DNA of 64,000 bases from Malacoraja senta (GCA_038087875.1 CM075993.1:5706001-5770000); one strand, 5' to 3'. Positions 50,914-63,698 are shown, numbered from the stretch's first letter. The notes: generated by a model from the sequence alone, not told the origin. Program-made: numbers and translations.

Positions 50914-51223
50914 AAGCCCTGTCCCACGGTACGAGTTCATTCCAAGAGTTCTCCTGAGTTTGCCCTGATTCGAACTCGGAGATTTACGGTAATGGCCACT
51001 AGTCTGTACTCGGGGCTCTCGTGGATATTTTTCAACATGTCTTCCGTAGCTTACCTGCGTTAGCGAGTCTTCCCGAGTACCTGCCGTTAGCGTTACGAGC
51101 CGCTAAGAGACGTCCCCGAGCTCCGACGTACCCGCTACGTTCATTCTCCGTGCTTACCACGAGTTTGATTTTTTTTTACTCGGGAGAGCTCTTGGAATGA
51201 ACTCGTACCGTGGGACAGGGCTT
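50914..51223. mobile_element. Harbinger-type MITE, internal type C (second copy)
   Basis: TIR AAGCCCTGTCCCACGGTACGAGTTCATTCCAAGAG; TAA/TAA flanks. Confidence 0.83.
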
Positions 51224-51754
51224 TAACAATCCCTCATGCTACATGCATTTGTAAGTTGTAGGAAACATGTTTGTGCAGTACAGGTAAGAGATAGAAACAC
51301 CTCAGAATTTCAGCAATGCAAGTTAGAAAACGCATTAAAACAGAAATGAAAATAAGTTTCATTCTATTTCAGTGTCTGAAAATAAAAGTCTCCAATTACA
51401 CCTATTCTATGGTTGGTTTACACAACAAAACATGTTATCTAAATAGAGCTCAGGTATGGAACTAGAGTCAGAACACTTTATACATGATGCAAATAGTGAA
51501 CATTAAATCAGCTGGTAGAATCTTGGCTCTGCGGGATCAGGGGAAAAAAAAACATTCAGCCCTTTGAGCCTGTTCCTCCATTCAATCAGATCACAGTCGA
51601 TCTGTATTTTTTCACACAGGCGAACCATCTTTCCCTGCCCCGTGCTAGACAACAACCAACACCAGCAAAGTTGAGAAGTGCTCCAGCAGCTGAATCACAA
51701 GTTCGTCGGGAAGGCCCGAGTAGTTATGGCAGCAAACAACTCATTAGTTTTCAT

Positions 51755-53140
51755 TGCAAAGGGATTGGAGGTTAAGAGTAGAGAGGTTGTGTTATTAGAG
51801 TATATCATTATACAAGAGTAGAGAGAAGATATTATCACACCTGGAGGCAAGACGACATAAATATAAGATAAGGGTCAGTCATTTAAAACTGAGGTGAATA
51901 GAAATTTCTTCTCTTAGAGGACTGTATATCACTGGAATTCTTTGCCTCCGAGGGTAGTGGAGAGCAGATAAACAAGGTGGAGATAAATAAATATTTGATA
52001 AAATGAGGAGGAATTGATGGTTATCGGGGACAGCACAGAAAGGGAGTTGAGACCAGCGTAGATGCCTTGATCACAGGGTTGAATGACGGGATAGTCTTGG
52101 GGGCCCGGTAGCCTATTCCTGCTCCTATTTCCTCGAGGTCTTGTTATGTCCCTAATTAGAATTCCAACCTCAACGTCCATACGGAGGAGGCGGACTCCAG
52201 ATTTCCACTGACTGCCCACTGAGTGAAGAATACTCCTTGACATTAGTCTTGAACATAGACACAAAGAGCTGGAGTAACTCAACATGTCAGGCAGCTTCTC
52301 TGGAGAAAGAGGTGATGTTTCAGGTCGGGACCCTTGATCAGCCTAGTTACAAACAACATTACCTTTACCGGGAAGCCTCCAGCAGAGGGACTGGTTTCTC
52401 TCCATTTACTCTCAACTCCTTTCTTCATATTCTGCTGGTAGCCCTTCAACGGGGTGCATTGCCCCAAGAGATCTCCCCCTATGGTATCTCTGCCGTCTGG
52501 TGCACCCCTTTCTGACGGCATGCCACAGGCACTCTCAGAGTACCTCCACCACAGCCATCCTGTGAGCTCCAGTTAAATAAAGTGATCTTAATCCCGAGGA
52601 CAACTCTGGTCACTTTCACAAGTTAACAAATCATAGGAGCAGACTTAGGCCAGTCGGCCCATGGCGTCTACTCCACCATTCAATCATGGTTGCTTTATCT
52701 TTCCCTCCCAACCCCATGCTCCTGCCTTCTCTCCATAACCTTTGACGCTCTTACTAATCAAGAATATGTCAATCTCAGCTTTAAAAATACCCAATGACTT
52801 GGCCTCCACAGCCGTCTGTGGCAATCAATTCCATAGATTCACCACCCGCTGGCGAAAGAAATTCCTCATCATCTCCTTTCTAAAGGTACGCCCTTTTATT
52901 CTGAGGTTGTGCCCTCTGGTCCTAGTCTCTCCCGCCAGTGGAAACATCCTCTCCACATCCACCCTTTCACCATTCGGTATGTTTCAATGAGGTCGTCCCT
53001 CATCCTAATCTCTAGCGAGTACAGGCATCAAACACTCATCATACGTTAACCCAATCATCCCTGGGATCAATCTCGTAAACCTCCTCTGAACCAACACATC
53101 CCTCCTCAGATATGGGGCCCAAAACTGCTCACAATTCCAG
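51755..53140. mobile_element. CR1 fragments (about 51755-52145 on + and 52615-53140 on -)
   Basis: CR1 3' UTR and ORF2-end similarity to the other copies in the window. Confidence 0.68.
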
Positions 53141-53643
53141 TAGAAGTCAACATGGTCGTGGGAGGGAACATCTGAAACACTAAAAGCAATTGCTCCCTTT
53201 TCAAAATGTGTCTGCCCCAGTCCACATTTACAAGTTTCACAAAATTATCATACATTTGATCACTTTCATTAAAAAAACTATAAAAACGACACCATTAAGC
53301 AAAGATGTTTTGGAAGCAAATTAAACAGCTTTGTAACATGACATATTTTAAGTGAGATGACACAAATGCTGCATTGTCAAAAGCGGTAAAGTAAAATTCA
53401 GACAAGGCGGGAGGTGTCACCGATTGCGGGGGAGAGGAGACGGTGGCAGTGGAGGGGGGGGGGGATGCAAATGCGGACGGGAAGTTGCTTCACCTGGTGA
53501 GATGAGGGAACCCCACGGTGACAGAGGGCATCCTGTCGGCAGTGGCAGCCTGAAGAAAGTGCCGTTGGCCAGGGGCAACAACGTGAACCGCAACAACAGC
53601 CACGTCAACTGGACAGTGCGGCAGCTGGTGAAGGGCTTGCTAA

Positions 53644-53767
53644 AGATGGAGGCTTGAAGAAGATTCAGTCTGAAGAAGGAACGGGCGTCCGAATAACGTC
53701 GCCCATCCCTTCTCTCCAGCGATGCTGCCTCACCCGCTGAGTTACGCCAGCATTTTGTGTCTACCTA
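53644..53767 (+). mobile_element. Penelope 3'-end single-arm insertion
   Basis: Degenerate CTGAAGA..GTC core plus tail; perfect TGAAGGGCTTGCTAA at 53629-53643 and 53768-53782. Confidence 0.78.
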
Positions 53768-54349
53768 TGAAGGGCTTGCTAATGTACATTGTAGAATATG
53801 TTGGCGACCCTACCAGGTGTCGCTCTCCACTGCCTCCCTCGTCCTTGTTGCCTTCTCAGAGTCACTGTCAGGCCATTCTGCCCAACTCATCAATGCCGAA
53901 CAATATGCCGTATCTAAGCTAGTCTCATTTGCCCACATATGGCCCATATTAATCTAAATCTTCCCTATCCATGCAACTGTCCAAATGTCTGTTAAATGTT
54001 GTAATTGAATCTGCCTGCATTACTTCCTGTGGCATCTCATGCCATATACCCACCATCCTATTTATGAAAAAGTTGTCCCTCAGGATCCTATTACATCTTT
54101 CCCCTCTCACCTCGCCCCATGTCGTCTAGTTCTTGATTCCCTTACCCTGGGGAAGAAGATTCCTCTCATGATTTGATACACCTCTAAAAGGTCACTCCGC
54201 AAAGGTTATTGTAAGGCAAGGCTGTTATATCTTATCGACTTGTACGGAATTAATTATCTTGGACTGTTCTTATAATTAAAGAACTTGACTGTGAAGCTCT
54301 TCATGCTTGGAGGTGGAGAGATATATCAAAATCAGCATTGAATAGAAAA

Positions 54350-54605
54350 TACAGCACCAGGTTTGATCCAGAGTTGTCTATACGGAGTTTGTATGTTCGC
54401 CCCCTTTACCTGCATGGGTTTTCTCTGGGTATCTGGTTTCCTTCCACACTCCAAAGACATACAGGTTTGTAGGTTAATTGGCTTGGTATCATTGTAAATT
54501 ATCCCTAGGGTGTAAGAACCAGCGTTGGTGTGTAGGGATTGCTGGTGGGTGCAGGCTGGGTGGACCGAAGGGCCTGCTTCCACTCTGTATCTTTAAACTA
54601 AACCT
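54350..54605 (+). mobile_element. HE1/V-SINE-like SINE, diverged
   Basis: Core and tail recognisable. Confidence 0.72.
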
Positions 54606-55293
54606 AAGTTGTAAGTTGGATGAAATGCAAGACCCACCCATAATATCCAAAAGATTATTTTAAATCACAATTTACAAGGAAACTTTTAAGTCAAACTTTA
54701 AATAACTTATTCGTAAATAACATTCAATTTGTTTCCAGCTGGTAGTGTAGTTACAGAGGCTCCAGTGTCCCTCACAAGAGTCCCTTCATGCAAGAGTTTG
54801 GACATTGAACTTTAACAGGCTACTACTTAAATGAGTCTGTTAAAGCTCAGCAGTCTGGTTCACAGTTGAAAAATGTCACTGGGGTAAAGCAGCAGAGAAA
54901 GCACTGAACTGATTGCACTCAGTGAAGGGATGGAGCAGGCAGAAGAAACTGACAAAACATTTAAATTACAATTCTATTCAGTTAGGGAAATACAAAAATG
55001 GTTGTGGATTACACCCTCTTGAAGAAATCCACAAAGGATGTACAAGACAGCAGGGTAATGCCAAAATGAAAATTGATTTTACTTTGAATCTGTCTCTTTA
55101 TTTTTAGTTAATAGCACTGCGTCACAAAAAAATCCTCTAAACCAGTACTCCAACTCCAAAACATGAAGTTCAAAAGTGCAATTTCCCATATTATCACTTC
55201 AAATATCCTCACATATTTGCAGATTTTCTGTTACCAGAATGGACTGCTGTTCTGCAAGATGACATTGAACAAACTGAAGTCTCCAACTGGTAA

Positions 55294-55503
55294 AGGGCCT
55301 GTCCCACTTTCACGACCTAATTCACGACCTCTGCCGAGTTTGCCCTTGACTCATACTCGCAGCATGGTCGTCACGAGGTTGTAGGTGGGTCGTGATGCTA
55401 GTCCTGGGTACTCATGGCATCAAGTAGGTCAGGGCGTTTTTTCAACATGAATTACACGAGTAAAAAAGGTCGTGAATTAGGTCGTGAAAGTGGGACAGGC
55501 CCT
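55294..55503. mobile_element. Harbinger-type MITE, internal type D
   Basis: TIR AGGGCCTGTCCCACTTTCACGACCTAATTCACGACC; TAA/TAA flanks. Confidence 0.83.
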
Positions 55504-55769
55504 TAAGAGTGAGGAATCATTCAAAACTCAGTGTGCACATTTCTTCTTTTCACTTAACTTGTTTCCAGCTATTCCAAATGCACTGATATGGAAGTGTGCA
55601 GAAACAAGTAGTTGTGATGCGGTGTCATTTCTCCCGTTAAATCACTGTGCTGCACAATCATCAAGGCTGCTCCAGGGGGAAACTTTCAGCAAACGCAAGA
55701 TAAGCTAATAAACCAGGCCCATCAATAGAATAAAGGTACTAAACCGTTTAATACAAACTCAATTCCTCA

Positions 55770-56160
55770 GATAGACACAAAATGCTGGAATAACTCAGCG
55801 GGTCAGGCAGCACCTCTGAAGAAAAGGAATATTGACGTTTCAGGTTGGAACCCTGCTTCAGACTGAAAGACAGAGAAGGCCAGAACAAAACAGGGCTGGC
55901 AACACATGGCCTCAGGAAGGGTGGAGTCCATAATGGCCCACTGTTGGCTGGGATAAGAGGTGCTGGGGGAAAGACTCCACCCTTCCTCAAGGTTATCTCT
56001 TGCTGACCCCATTTTGTTGACCTTTCCTCTTTCAGTCTGAAGAAGGTTCTGACCCGAAACGCCACCTATTCCTTTTCTCCAAAGATGCTTCCTGACCCAC
56101 TGAGTTACTCTAGCATTTTGTGCCTCTCTTCAGTATAAACCAGCATCTGCAGTTCCTTCC
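55770..56160. mobile_element. Penelope-derived inverted element with a longer spacer
   Basis: Arms at about 55770-55865 (-) and 56030-56160 (+); the spacer resembles 34600-34670. Confidence 0.7.
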
Positions 56161-56323
56161 GTCCTCAATTGGTTAACAAGTAAGCAGGTTCTAAGATAAT
56201 TACTCTATTGAACTTGTGTCCATCAGCATCCATCCCGGAGACTGGAGATTCTAAACTAGCCCATGTAGCCTGCAGTAGGGAAGGCAGTCAGAGTCTCTTG
56301 ATCACTCATGCAGTGATATGTTA

Positions 56324-56934
56324 AGGGCCTGTCCCACTTGGCCGTCATTCGCGCGCCATTTACGTGACCTGCTAGCGTGTGGGTAGCGGGTGGGTAGCGT
56401 GGGACGGGCGCATGGAGTGGCGTGGAGGAGTGTGGACTTCGTCCTGCACGAAATCTTCACGCACCACCGGCCTGTCGCGTAACTGACGGTCAAAGTGGGA
56501 CAGGCCCAAGACCATGGCGCGGTGAACGTCTCACCTCCAACAGCAGCAGAAGCAGGCGATCGCCGAGCTCGGCCTGGGGCTCACGGCCATTGCGGATCCT
56601 GATCCACCCCCACTCCCAGAGCGGGGCCAAGACTATTGGAGATAGACACAAAATGCTGGAGTAACTCAGCGGGACCGGCAGCATCTCTGGAGAGAAGCAA
56701 TGGGTGACGTTTCGGGTCGAGACCCTTCTTCAGACTGAAGAAGAGTCTCGACCTGAAACATCATCCATTCCTTCTCTCCAGAGATGCTGCCGGTCCCGCT
56801 GAGTTACTCCTGCATTTTGTGTCTATCTTCAAATGACGTCACGCGCTCCAGACAGCTGTGCGGACGCATGATGACGCGCACGACCGTCACTACCAGCCTG
56901 CCGCGTAAATGACGGCCCAAGTGGGACAGGCCTT
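56324..56934. mobile_element. Composite Harbinger-type MITE, second copy in opposite orientation
   Basis: Same TIRs, TTA/TTA flanks, same internal hairpin (about 56640-56830) and internal TIR. Confidence 0.82.
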
Positions 56935-57664
56935 TTAGAAAGCATACAAGTACGGAATCACTGGAATTGGGTTGGCAACAATGCCTTTGGTGTTAATTGA
57001 TACGTGGTCTAGACTTGCATGCAGAGTACAGAAGTGGCGAAGTCGGCAGAGAAAAATAATTTGCTCCTAGAATTTGCCTTTTTCAGAGCTCTGGATGTGC
57101 CAAGCCAGTGAAATACTGATGAAGTGTGCCTGATTGTTTTTGCAACCTCAAACCACAGGATCCATGGCCAAGTCACTTGGAGTTGTTGCTCGCCGTGTTA
57201 CACTGGCCGAGCCTTTACCAACCGAGCCTCCGTTTGCACACAACTCTTTGACCATTGATTGCTGTTCTATGAATAGCACTAAAAGCCTCTTCCCAATGCA
57301 AGCAATGTTTTTTTATCCAGGAATGCTCAAGAACAAAGAGCCTAAAGAACACTCGACAATGCTTTCCTTCTATCCTGCCATTCACTCGGCAGCTTAAAAT
57401 CCCAGAAGGGTGTAACAGAGTGCCAAAGCTTAAACAAGGCTTCGCATTCCACTTTGGCAGCTGCATGAAGAGTGAGCGGTTTGGCGGTGTTCTGTATTTT
57501 CTTTTCACAGGGCTCTTCTTGGAAAACAAAATGAGATGGAAAAGAAAATTCACAGACTGTTTTGCAAATTTAAAGCCTCGCACAGTTTGCCATTTGTGAA
57601 CTTGTTGTGGAGGAAGAAAAATAAATGGAGTTGATACAGATTCCAAGATGGCTCCGTGTTTCTA

Positions 57665-58145
57665 TTTAGATAAACTGACGTTGATAAGAGTATAGAAGTT
57701 GGACAGTCATGTTTCAGTTGTATAAGTCATTGGTGAGGCCACATTTAGAGTATGGTCTTCAGTTTTGGTCACCATGTTATATGAAAGATAGAAAGAGTGC
57801 AGAGGATGTTGCCAGGATTCGAGGGACTAAGCTATAGGGAGAGGTTGAGTAGGCTAGGACTTTATTCCTTGGAAAGCAGGAGGATGAAGGGCGATCTTAT
57901 AGAGGTGTATAAAAATCATGGGAGGAATTGATTGGGTAAATGCAGTCTTTTGCCCAGAATAGGGTAATCGAGAACCAGAGGACATAGGTTTAAGGTGAGA
58001 GAGGAAAGATTTAATAGGAACCCGAGAGTTAACTTTTTTTAAATACACAAAGGGTTGTGGGTATATAGAACGTAGGAGGTAGTCGAGGCAGGTATATTAT
58101 CATAACATTTAAGAGACATTTGGACAGGAACATGGAATGAGTAGA
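57665..58145 (+). mobile_element. Degraded CR1 fragment, split by the Penelope insertion (tail resumes at about 58720-58830)
   Basis: TTGTATAAGTCATTGGTGAGGCCACATTTAGAGTA..; HE1-type tail downstream. Confidence 0.7.
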
Positions 58146-58149
58146 TTTA

Positions 58150-58692
58150 GGTAGACAAAAGTGCTGGAAAAACTCAGCGGGTGCAGCAGCATCTATGGAG
58201 CGAAGGAAATAGGCAACGTTTCGGGCCAAAACCCTTCTTCAGACTGATGTAGGGTGGGGGGGCAGGGAGAAGAAAGGAGAAAGGAAGAGGAGCCAGAGGG
58301 CTGAGGGAGAGCTGAGAAGGGGAGGAAATAGCAAGGGCTACCGGAAATTGGAGGTCAATGTTCATACCGCTGGGGTGCAAACTGCCCAAGTGGAATATGA
58401 GGTGCTGCTCCTCCAATTTACGGTCGTCCTCACTCTGGCCATGGAAGAGGCCCAGGACAGAAAGGTCGGATTCGGAATGGGAGGGGGAGTTGAAGTGCTG
58501 AGCCACCGGGAGATCAGGTTGGTTAATGCGGACCGAGCAAGGTGTTCGGCGAAACCATCGCCAAGCCTACGCTTGGTCTCACCGACGTAGATCAGCTGAC
58601 ATCTAGAGCAGCGGATGCAATAGATGAGATTGGAGGAGGTGCAGGTGAACCTCTGTCGCACCTGGAACGACTGCTTGGGTCCTTGAATGGAG
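58150..58692 (-). mobile_element. Penelope-like element 3' fragment: frameshifted GIY-YIG endonuclease plus 3' terminal region with hammerhead-like motif
   Basis: Translations IQGPKQSFQVRQRFTCTSSNLIYCIRCSRCQLIYVGETKRRLGDGFAEH and AQHFNSPSHSESDLSVLGL..RKLEEQHLIFHLGSLHPSGMNID, followed by CTGAAGAAGGGTTTTGGCCCGAAACGTT and the tail shared with the hairpin elements. Confidence 0.88.
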
Positions 58693-59659
58693 TCGGGGGG
58701 GGGGGGGGGGGGTAAAGCGACTAAGGATGGATATGGGCCAAGCGCTGGCAGATGGGACAAGTGTAGATGGGGCACGTTGGTCGGCATCAGCAAGTTGAGC
58801 TGAAGGCCCCCTTTCCACACTGTATGACCGAGTTTGGGCAAGCATGGGACGCTGCGAATACCTGCAGGAGAGTTATTGTTATTCAGTCAGTCAACCAAAC
58901 AGTTGATTTTAATGCTGATGGGTAGCTCACTGCTTGAAGGAGGGGAGTGGGGAGCAGAAGCCAGCTGGGCATTCACAGAGCACGAGTCGGGTCAGATTGC
59001 AGTATGGGGTAGGTATAGATGGAGAACATCCAATGTGGGGATGGGTGAAGTAGCAAGGATCACCAGTCAGCTAAACCTCATTAAAACAGAGCTGGAATCC
59101 TACCAGCATTTGATCCTAACCATATCACTGGAGCAGATGAAGGTCTCTAGAAATCCCCTCCTTGCCAATCTACAATCATGGTCTTTGCCGCGCTCCTGTG
59201 TAATCTCCTTCAGCCCGACAGCCCTCCAAAAACTAAAGGGAAGATATTGGCTTTGATCAACAACACTCAATGTGCTCAAGAACAAAGGCTACAAGGTGTA
59301 CTCAGCTCTATAATATTTGATTGCATTGAAGACACTGGAACCAAATGTCTAAACGAGTGTCACTGATAGCTGTTACACATGCATTCAATTAGCAATATTA
59401 ATCAAGAATCAACCTTTCCCCAAAGGCGTTACTCCAATGCCAAGATTACATAGTGCCCATGGTTCTCGTTCCAACTAGACCAAAAGCTCTGCCATCCTTC
59501 CCTCACCCTCTAATCTTCTCTACCACCCTTGCACTTGCTAAGATGCTCCTTTTTGCTGTGGGCAACATTCATTCATATATATTTGTATATCAGAACTAAC
59601 AGGGCAGGTGATCAATAGTCAGAATGGACTCAGTGGGTTGAATGGCCTGTTTCCACCGT

Positions 59660-60410
59660 GTGGAGCCGTCATCGATGGCAGCCTCGCCAACGGTCGGCAT
59701 GTCTTTGTCTTTTTTATTATTTTTAGTGTGTTTTTAAAAGTTCGTGTTAATGTTTTCTGGTTTGTTTTATGTGGGGGGTGGGGGGGGGGAAACTATTTTC
59801 AATCTCTTACCTTGCCGGAGATGCGATTGTTTTCTGGATCGTATCTCCGGTCGCTCTGCAGCCTAACATCATGGAGCTGGCGGCCTTGCTCGAGACTGAT
59901 TTTGAGCCCCACCGCGGGGCCGTGGACCTGCCATCGGAGCCTGCGATCCCTTGCCTGTGATCTACGCTCCAACCGCGGCCTGCTGATTCCAACATCGAGG
60001 AGCTCGCAGTCTCGGGTAGAGACTGATGTCGGGAAGCTCCAAACTTGTAGGCGGTTCGACCAGCCCGGACCCGGGGTCCGATTGCCCGGCGCGGGGAGCT
60101 GAGATCCCCCCCCCCCCCCAATGCAGGGGCTTAATCGCCCCGATGCGGAGTGCCCGACCTCCAGCTACAGGAGCCAAGATTGTCCCGTCAACAGAAGGCT
60201 CGAGGCCCCAGACCGCGGGAGAACAAAGAAGAGATTTAACTTTTTTTTTCGCCTTCCATCACAGTGAGGAACGTGGAGGGGTCACTGTGGTGGATGTTTA
60301 TGTTTAAATGTATTTTGTGTGTTTTGCTTTTTATTGGTATGACTGTATGGCAAATCAAATTCCTCGTATGTTGCAACACATACTTGGCTAATAAAGTATG
60401 ATTATGACAC
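59660..60410 (+). mobile_element. GC-rich non-coding interspersed repeat with a Rex1-like tail
   Basis: ATGGCAGCCTCGCC..AATCTCTTACCT..GGAGATG head shared with the 48.5 kb copy; tail ATACTTGGCTAATAAAG(TATGAT)n. Confidence 0.6.
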
Positions 60411-60715
60411 TGTATCTTTCAAATCAAGTTAATCAAGTGTGCACATACAAGCCAAGCAATTATTACAACATATTCCACCTCTAATTCCACTTTATTTGTG
60501 TTTGTCAAAGGAGGGGCTACTAACGCCTGTAAACAGACCATTTGTGGGTCCGGGCATCTCATGTCTGCATCAAACATTCCCAGGGTGGCACAGCCCAGTA
60601 ACATGGGAAGTAACACACTGCTGAAGAATGAATGCTGGTTAACCCCAACCCTGCAGCAGCACTTCCTGTCCCACACTGCTCCAAATGCCACACAATGTAT
60701 CCTGACTGACTGATC

Positions 60716-60768
60716 AGTCTGAAGAAGGGTCTCGACCCGAAACGTCACCCATTCCTTCTCTCCAGAGA
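60716..60768 (+). ncRNA. Minimal type-I hammerhead-ribozyme-like motif in a short Penelope fragment
   Basis: CTGAAGA-A-GGGT(CTCG)ACCC-GAAA-CGTC at 60719-60746. Helix I is only about 2 bp, so activity is unproven. Confidence 0.55.
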
Positions 60769-62019
60769 CCACTAATAGTCATAAAACATTCATTCCAGAT
60801 TCCACACCTGTATTCCCAGAGTAAAAAAAAGCCCAGAAGCCTAATCTCCCTGATATTCAATTACAGGGAGTGTTATCATGCAATTATGTGATGTATTCGG
60901 CAACATGACTATTTCTAAATGCAGTCACGACGCTTTAAAAAAAAAGATTTTATGGTGTAGAAACAGTCTGATCTAGGTTATCAAAGAGCTTCCACTTCCT
61001 CCTTAACTTTGAGTTTCTCTACTCTGCCAGTACACTCCATTCATTAAAATATCTTCCTAATCTCACAGTTCCTTCAAAGATCTTGTATCTTTCCCTCAGT
61101 TATTAAATTAATACCACTGGCAAATTTCTCTATTTATCTTGCAAAATATTAACTTTTATTTCAAAGCTCCTCTTAATCTTCATCTAATGAAAAGTTATAC
61201 TATTTTTATCTGCCCAATGTACCACGATAATGCATCTTAATCCGACACTTCCAGTGGCCTTGACATTATTCCTGCAGGACATAATAAGCTGGAGACAAGA
61301 TTCTAACTATAACAGAGTCTATAATTATATTTTCTCTTCTGTACTTATTTATAAAATGGAGGATGTTGTATGTTTCTCCCCCTTCCAAAAAATAAATCAG
61401 TCTGAAGGAGGGTCTCGACCCGATACATCACCCATTCCTTCTCTCCAGAGATGCTGCCTGTCCCGCTGTGTTACTCCAGCTTTGTGTCGATCTTAGATTT
61501 AGCATAGAAATGGATTACAGAAAACCTACAGCACAGAAGGCCATTCGGCCCATCTTCTTAGTGCCAGTCATACAAGAGCTACCCAGGTCAATCCCACCTT
61601 CCATCATGGGGTCTACAGCCCCACAAGTCAAATCATCCTCAAATTAATGTCCAATTCCAAATGTGCCCCCTGTGGCGGCACCTGGTGGTAGGCCACAGGC
61701 AGAGCGAACTCTCGGCTCTGGAGCGAGCCAGTACAGGTGGCTCAACCTCCCCGTCGTGGGCGCCCGCCGACCCGGGACACCTTGAATTATTCCAGATCGG
61801 GCAAGTTCCCTGTGCGGGGGACGTATCTATGCGATCTGGCTGCCTCATTCGGCATCCTGTCCGTTTTGGTGCCTCTGGTTCTGTGGGGAGGAGCGGGGGG
61901 GGGAATACTGTGGCGGCACCTGGTGGTAGGCCATGGGCAGAACGGAGGAGTTAGATGTGTCGGTGTGGGAGGCACAGGTCACGGGGTTGACCCTTGGGGG
62001 TATTTTGTTTTAATTTTTA

Positions 62020-62600
62020 ATTAAAAAAATAATTATTATTTATTAGAAGTACATTAGATTACAACCAATTACATTAGTACTCGTCACATATATCTTATTA
62101 CAATTAATGTACTCCGTTTATTTTTTACACTAATAAAGGGAAAGGATGAGATTGAGAGAAAGAAGAAAGTGAAGGAAAAAAGTGAAAGTGTAAAAAACGT
62201 GACGACACAAAAACAAAAAACAAAGACCCTATAAGAAAGAAATTAAAAAAAAGAGTTAAGAAATAGACCCTAAAAAAGAGAAAGAGGGAAAAGAGAAAAA
62301 CAAATACTTTTTTGTAAGCATCACGCAAATGGGACATACCAACTCTCCAGCTTTCATCCCCCCTTACCTGACCTCAGTTTTTTTTTAGTACTTTTGCACC
62401 CTGTACTTGTAATAATTCTATAAATGCAGACCACGTCAGGTGGAAGTGATCTGGTTTACCTGCCAGGAGGAGTCTTATCTCTTCTAGGTGTAATGTTTCG
62501 AACATATTTGAAATCCACATGTTTATAGTTGGTATTGGAGCATTTTTCCAGAATTTTAGGATTAACTTTTTTCCAGTTATTAACCCATAGTCTATCCCTT
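62020..62600 (-). mobile_element. L1/Tx1-type LINE 3' fragment
   Basis: GLITGKKLILKFWKNAPIPTINMWISNM..W resembles fish L1 ORF2 C-termini; followed by a T-rich 3' UTR and AATAAA/A-rich end. Confidence 0.65.
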
Positions 62601-63118
62601 GGGGGTATTTAAGGTCGGGCAACGCCCGTGCCCATTTGACGAGTAGGGAGCAGCACTGTAATAATAATAATAAATATGTTTCGTTCACACAACTTTGTGC
62701 TCCGACTGATTCTTGGCTGGACTCCTGCTAGTCCTTTATACCATGGGTATGTTAATACTTTGCCTCAAATCTCCAGCTGAATTTTGAAAATCAGGAACAG
62801 CTCTTCAACCTGATGCTGATGAAAGGTTCCTCAGTGAAGTTTGGTTGAAATCTCCTTTATAACAAGTACTGCCATTCCATGTTGGCATTCAAGGCTCTGG
62901 TTTGCAAGCACAAGGTCACTTTATAAGTTCATAAGTGATAGGAGCAGAATTAGGTAATTTGGCCCATTAAGTCGAGTAGCCATTCAACCATGGCCCATCT
63001 ATCTTTCCCTCTTAACCCCATTCTCCTGCCTTCTCCCCACAACCCCTGACACCATGTGGATAGTTAGACCATATAACAATTGTCATTCTAGATACTCCAG
63101 CAAATCAAAATCTCTTAC

Positions 63119-63212
63119 CTAGTCCGCTCTGCTTCACGTCAGAGATCTGCTTGGAATATGGTGGAACCAAGAGCCGGTATCCAGTGTACTTAGGGGAACT
63201 TTCCGACAGCAC
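63119..63212 (-). CDS. PPIP5K1: PPIP5K1 exon (VLSESSPKYTGYRLLVPPYSKQISDVKQSGL-G)
   Basis: TAG|GTG acceptor with pyrimidine tract and G|GTAAGA donor; 94 nt, phase 0 to 1; resembles the vertebrate PPIP5K1 segment VLSETSS..GYRL..MKQSGLG. Confidence 0.88.
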
Positions 63213-63400
63213 CTAGCAACAAAAAGAGAGATGCTTTACATAGAAGAGAAAACAATTGGACAATTTCAAGGTAATTTCTGATTTGAAAATACTTTCTTTG
63301 TCAAAAGGTCCTGCAGCAGCAAGTGGAGCGGGAGGAACAAGGTGAGGCACAACCGCAGAGACAGTCCCTTCAGACAGGCGAAACAAAATGCAGTGTTTAA

Positions 63401-63698
63401 GGGCGGCACGGTAGCGCCGCGGTAGAATTGCTGCCTTACAGCACCAGAGACCCCGGTTCGATCCTGACTATGGGTACTTATCTGTACGGAGTTTGTTCGT
63501 TCTCCCTGTAACTGCTGTGGGTTTTCCTCAGGAGCTCCAGTTTCCTCCCACACTCCAAAGAGGTACAGGTTTGTAGGTTAATTGGCTTGGTAAATGTAAA
63601 AATTGTCTCTAGTGTGTGTAGGATAGTGTTAATGTGCGGGGATCGCTGGTCGGCGCAGGCTTTGTGGGCCGAAGAGCCTGTATCTCTAAATTAAACTA
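63401..63698 (+). mobile_element. HE1/V-SINE-like SINE
   Basis: GGGCGGCACGGTAGCGCCGCGGTAG..GGTTCGATCCT..tail. Confidence 0.87.

Noticed and set aside
57134..57646. Overlapping ORFs in unique intronic sequence
   Set aside because: No recognisable domain or convincing splice-site pair.
63401..63480. tRNA genes
   Set aside because: The A/B boxes belong to SINE heads that continue into the SINE core and tail.
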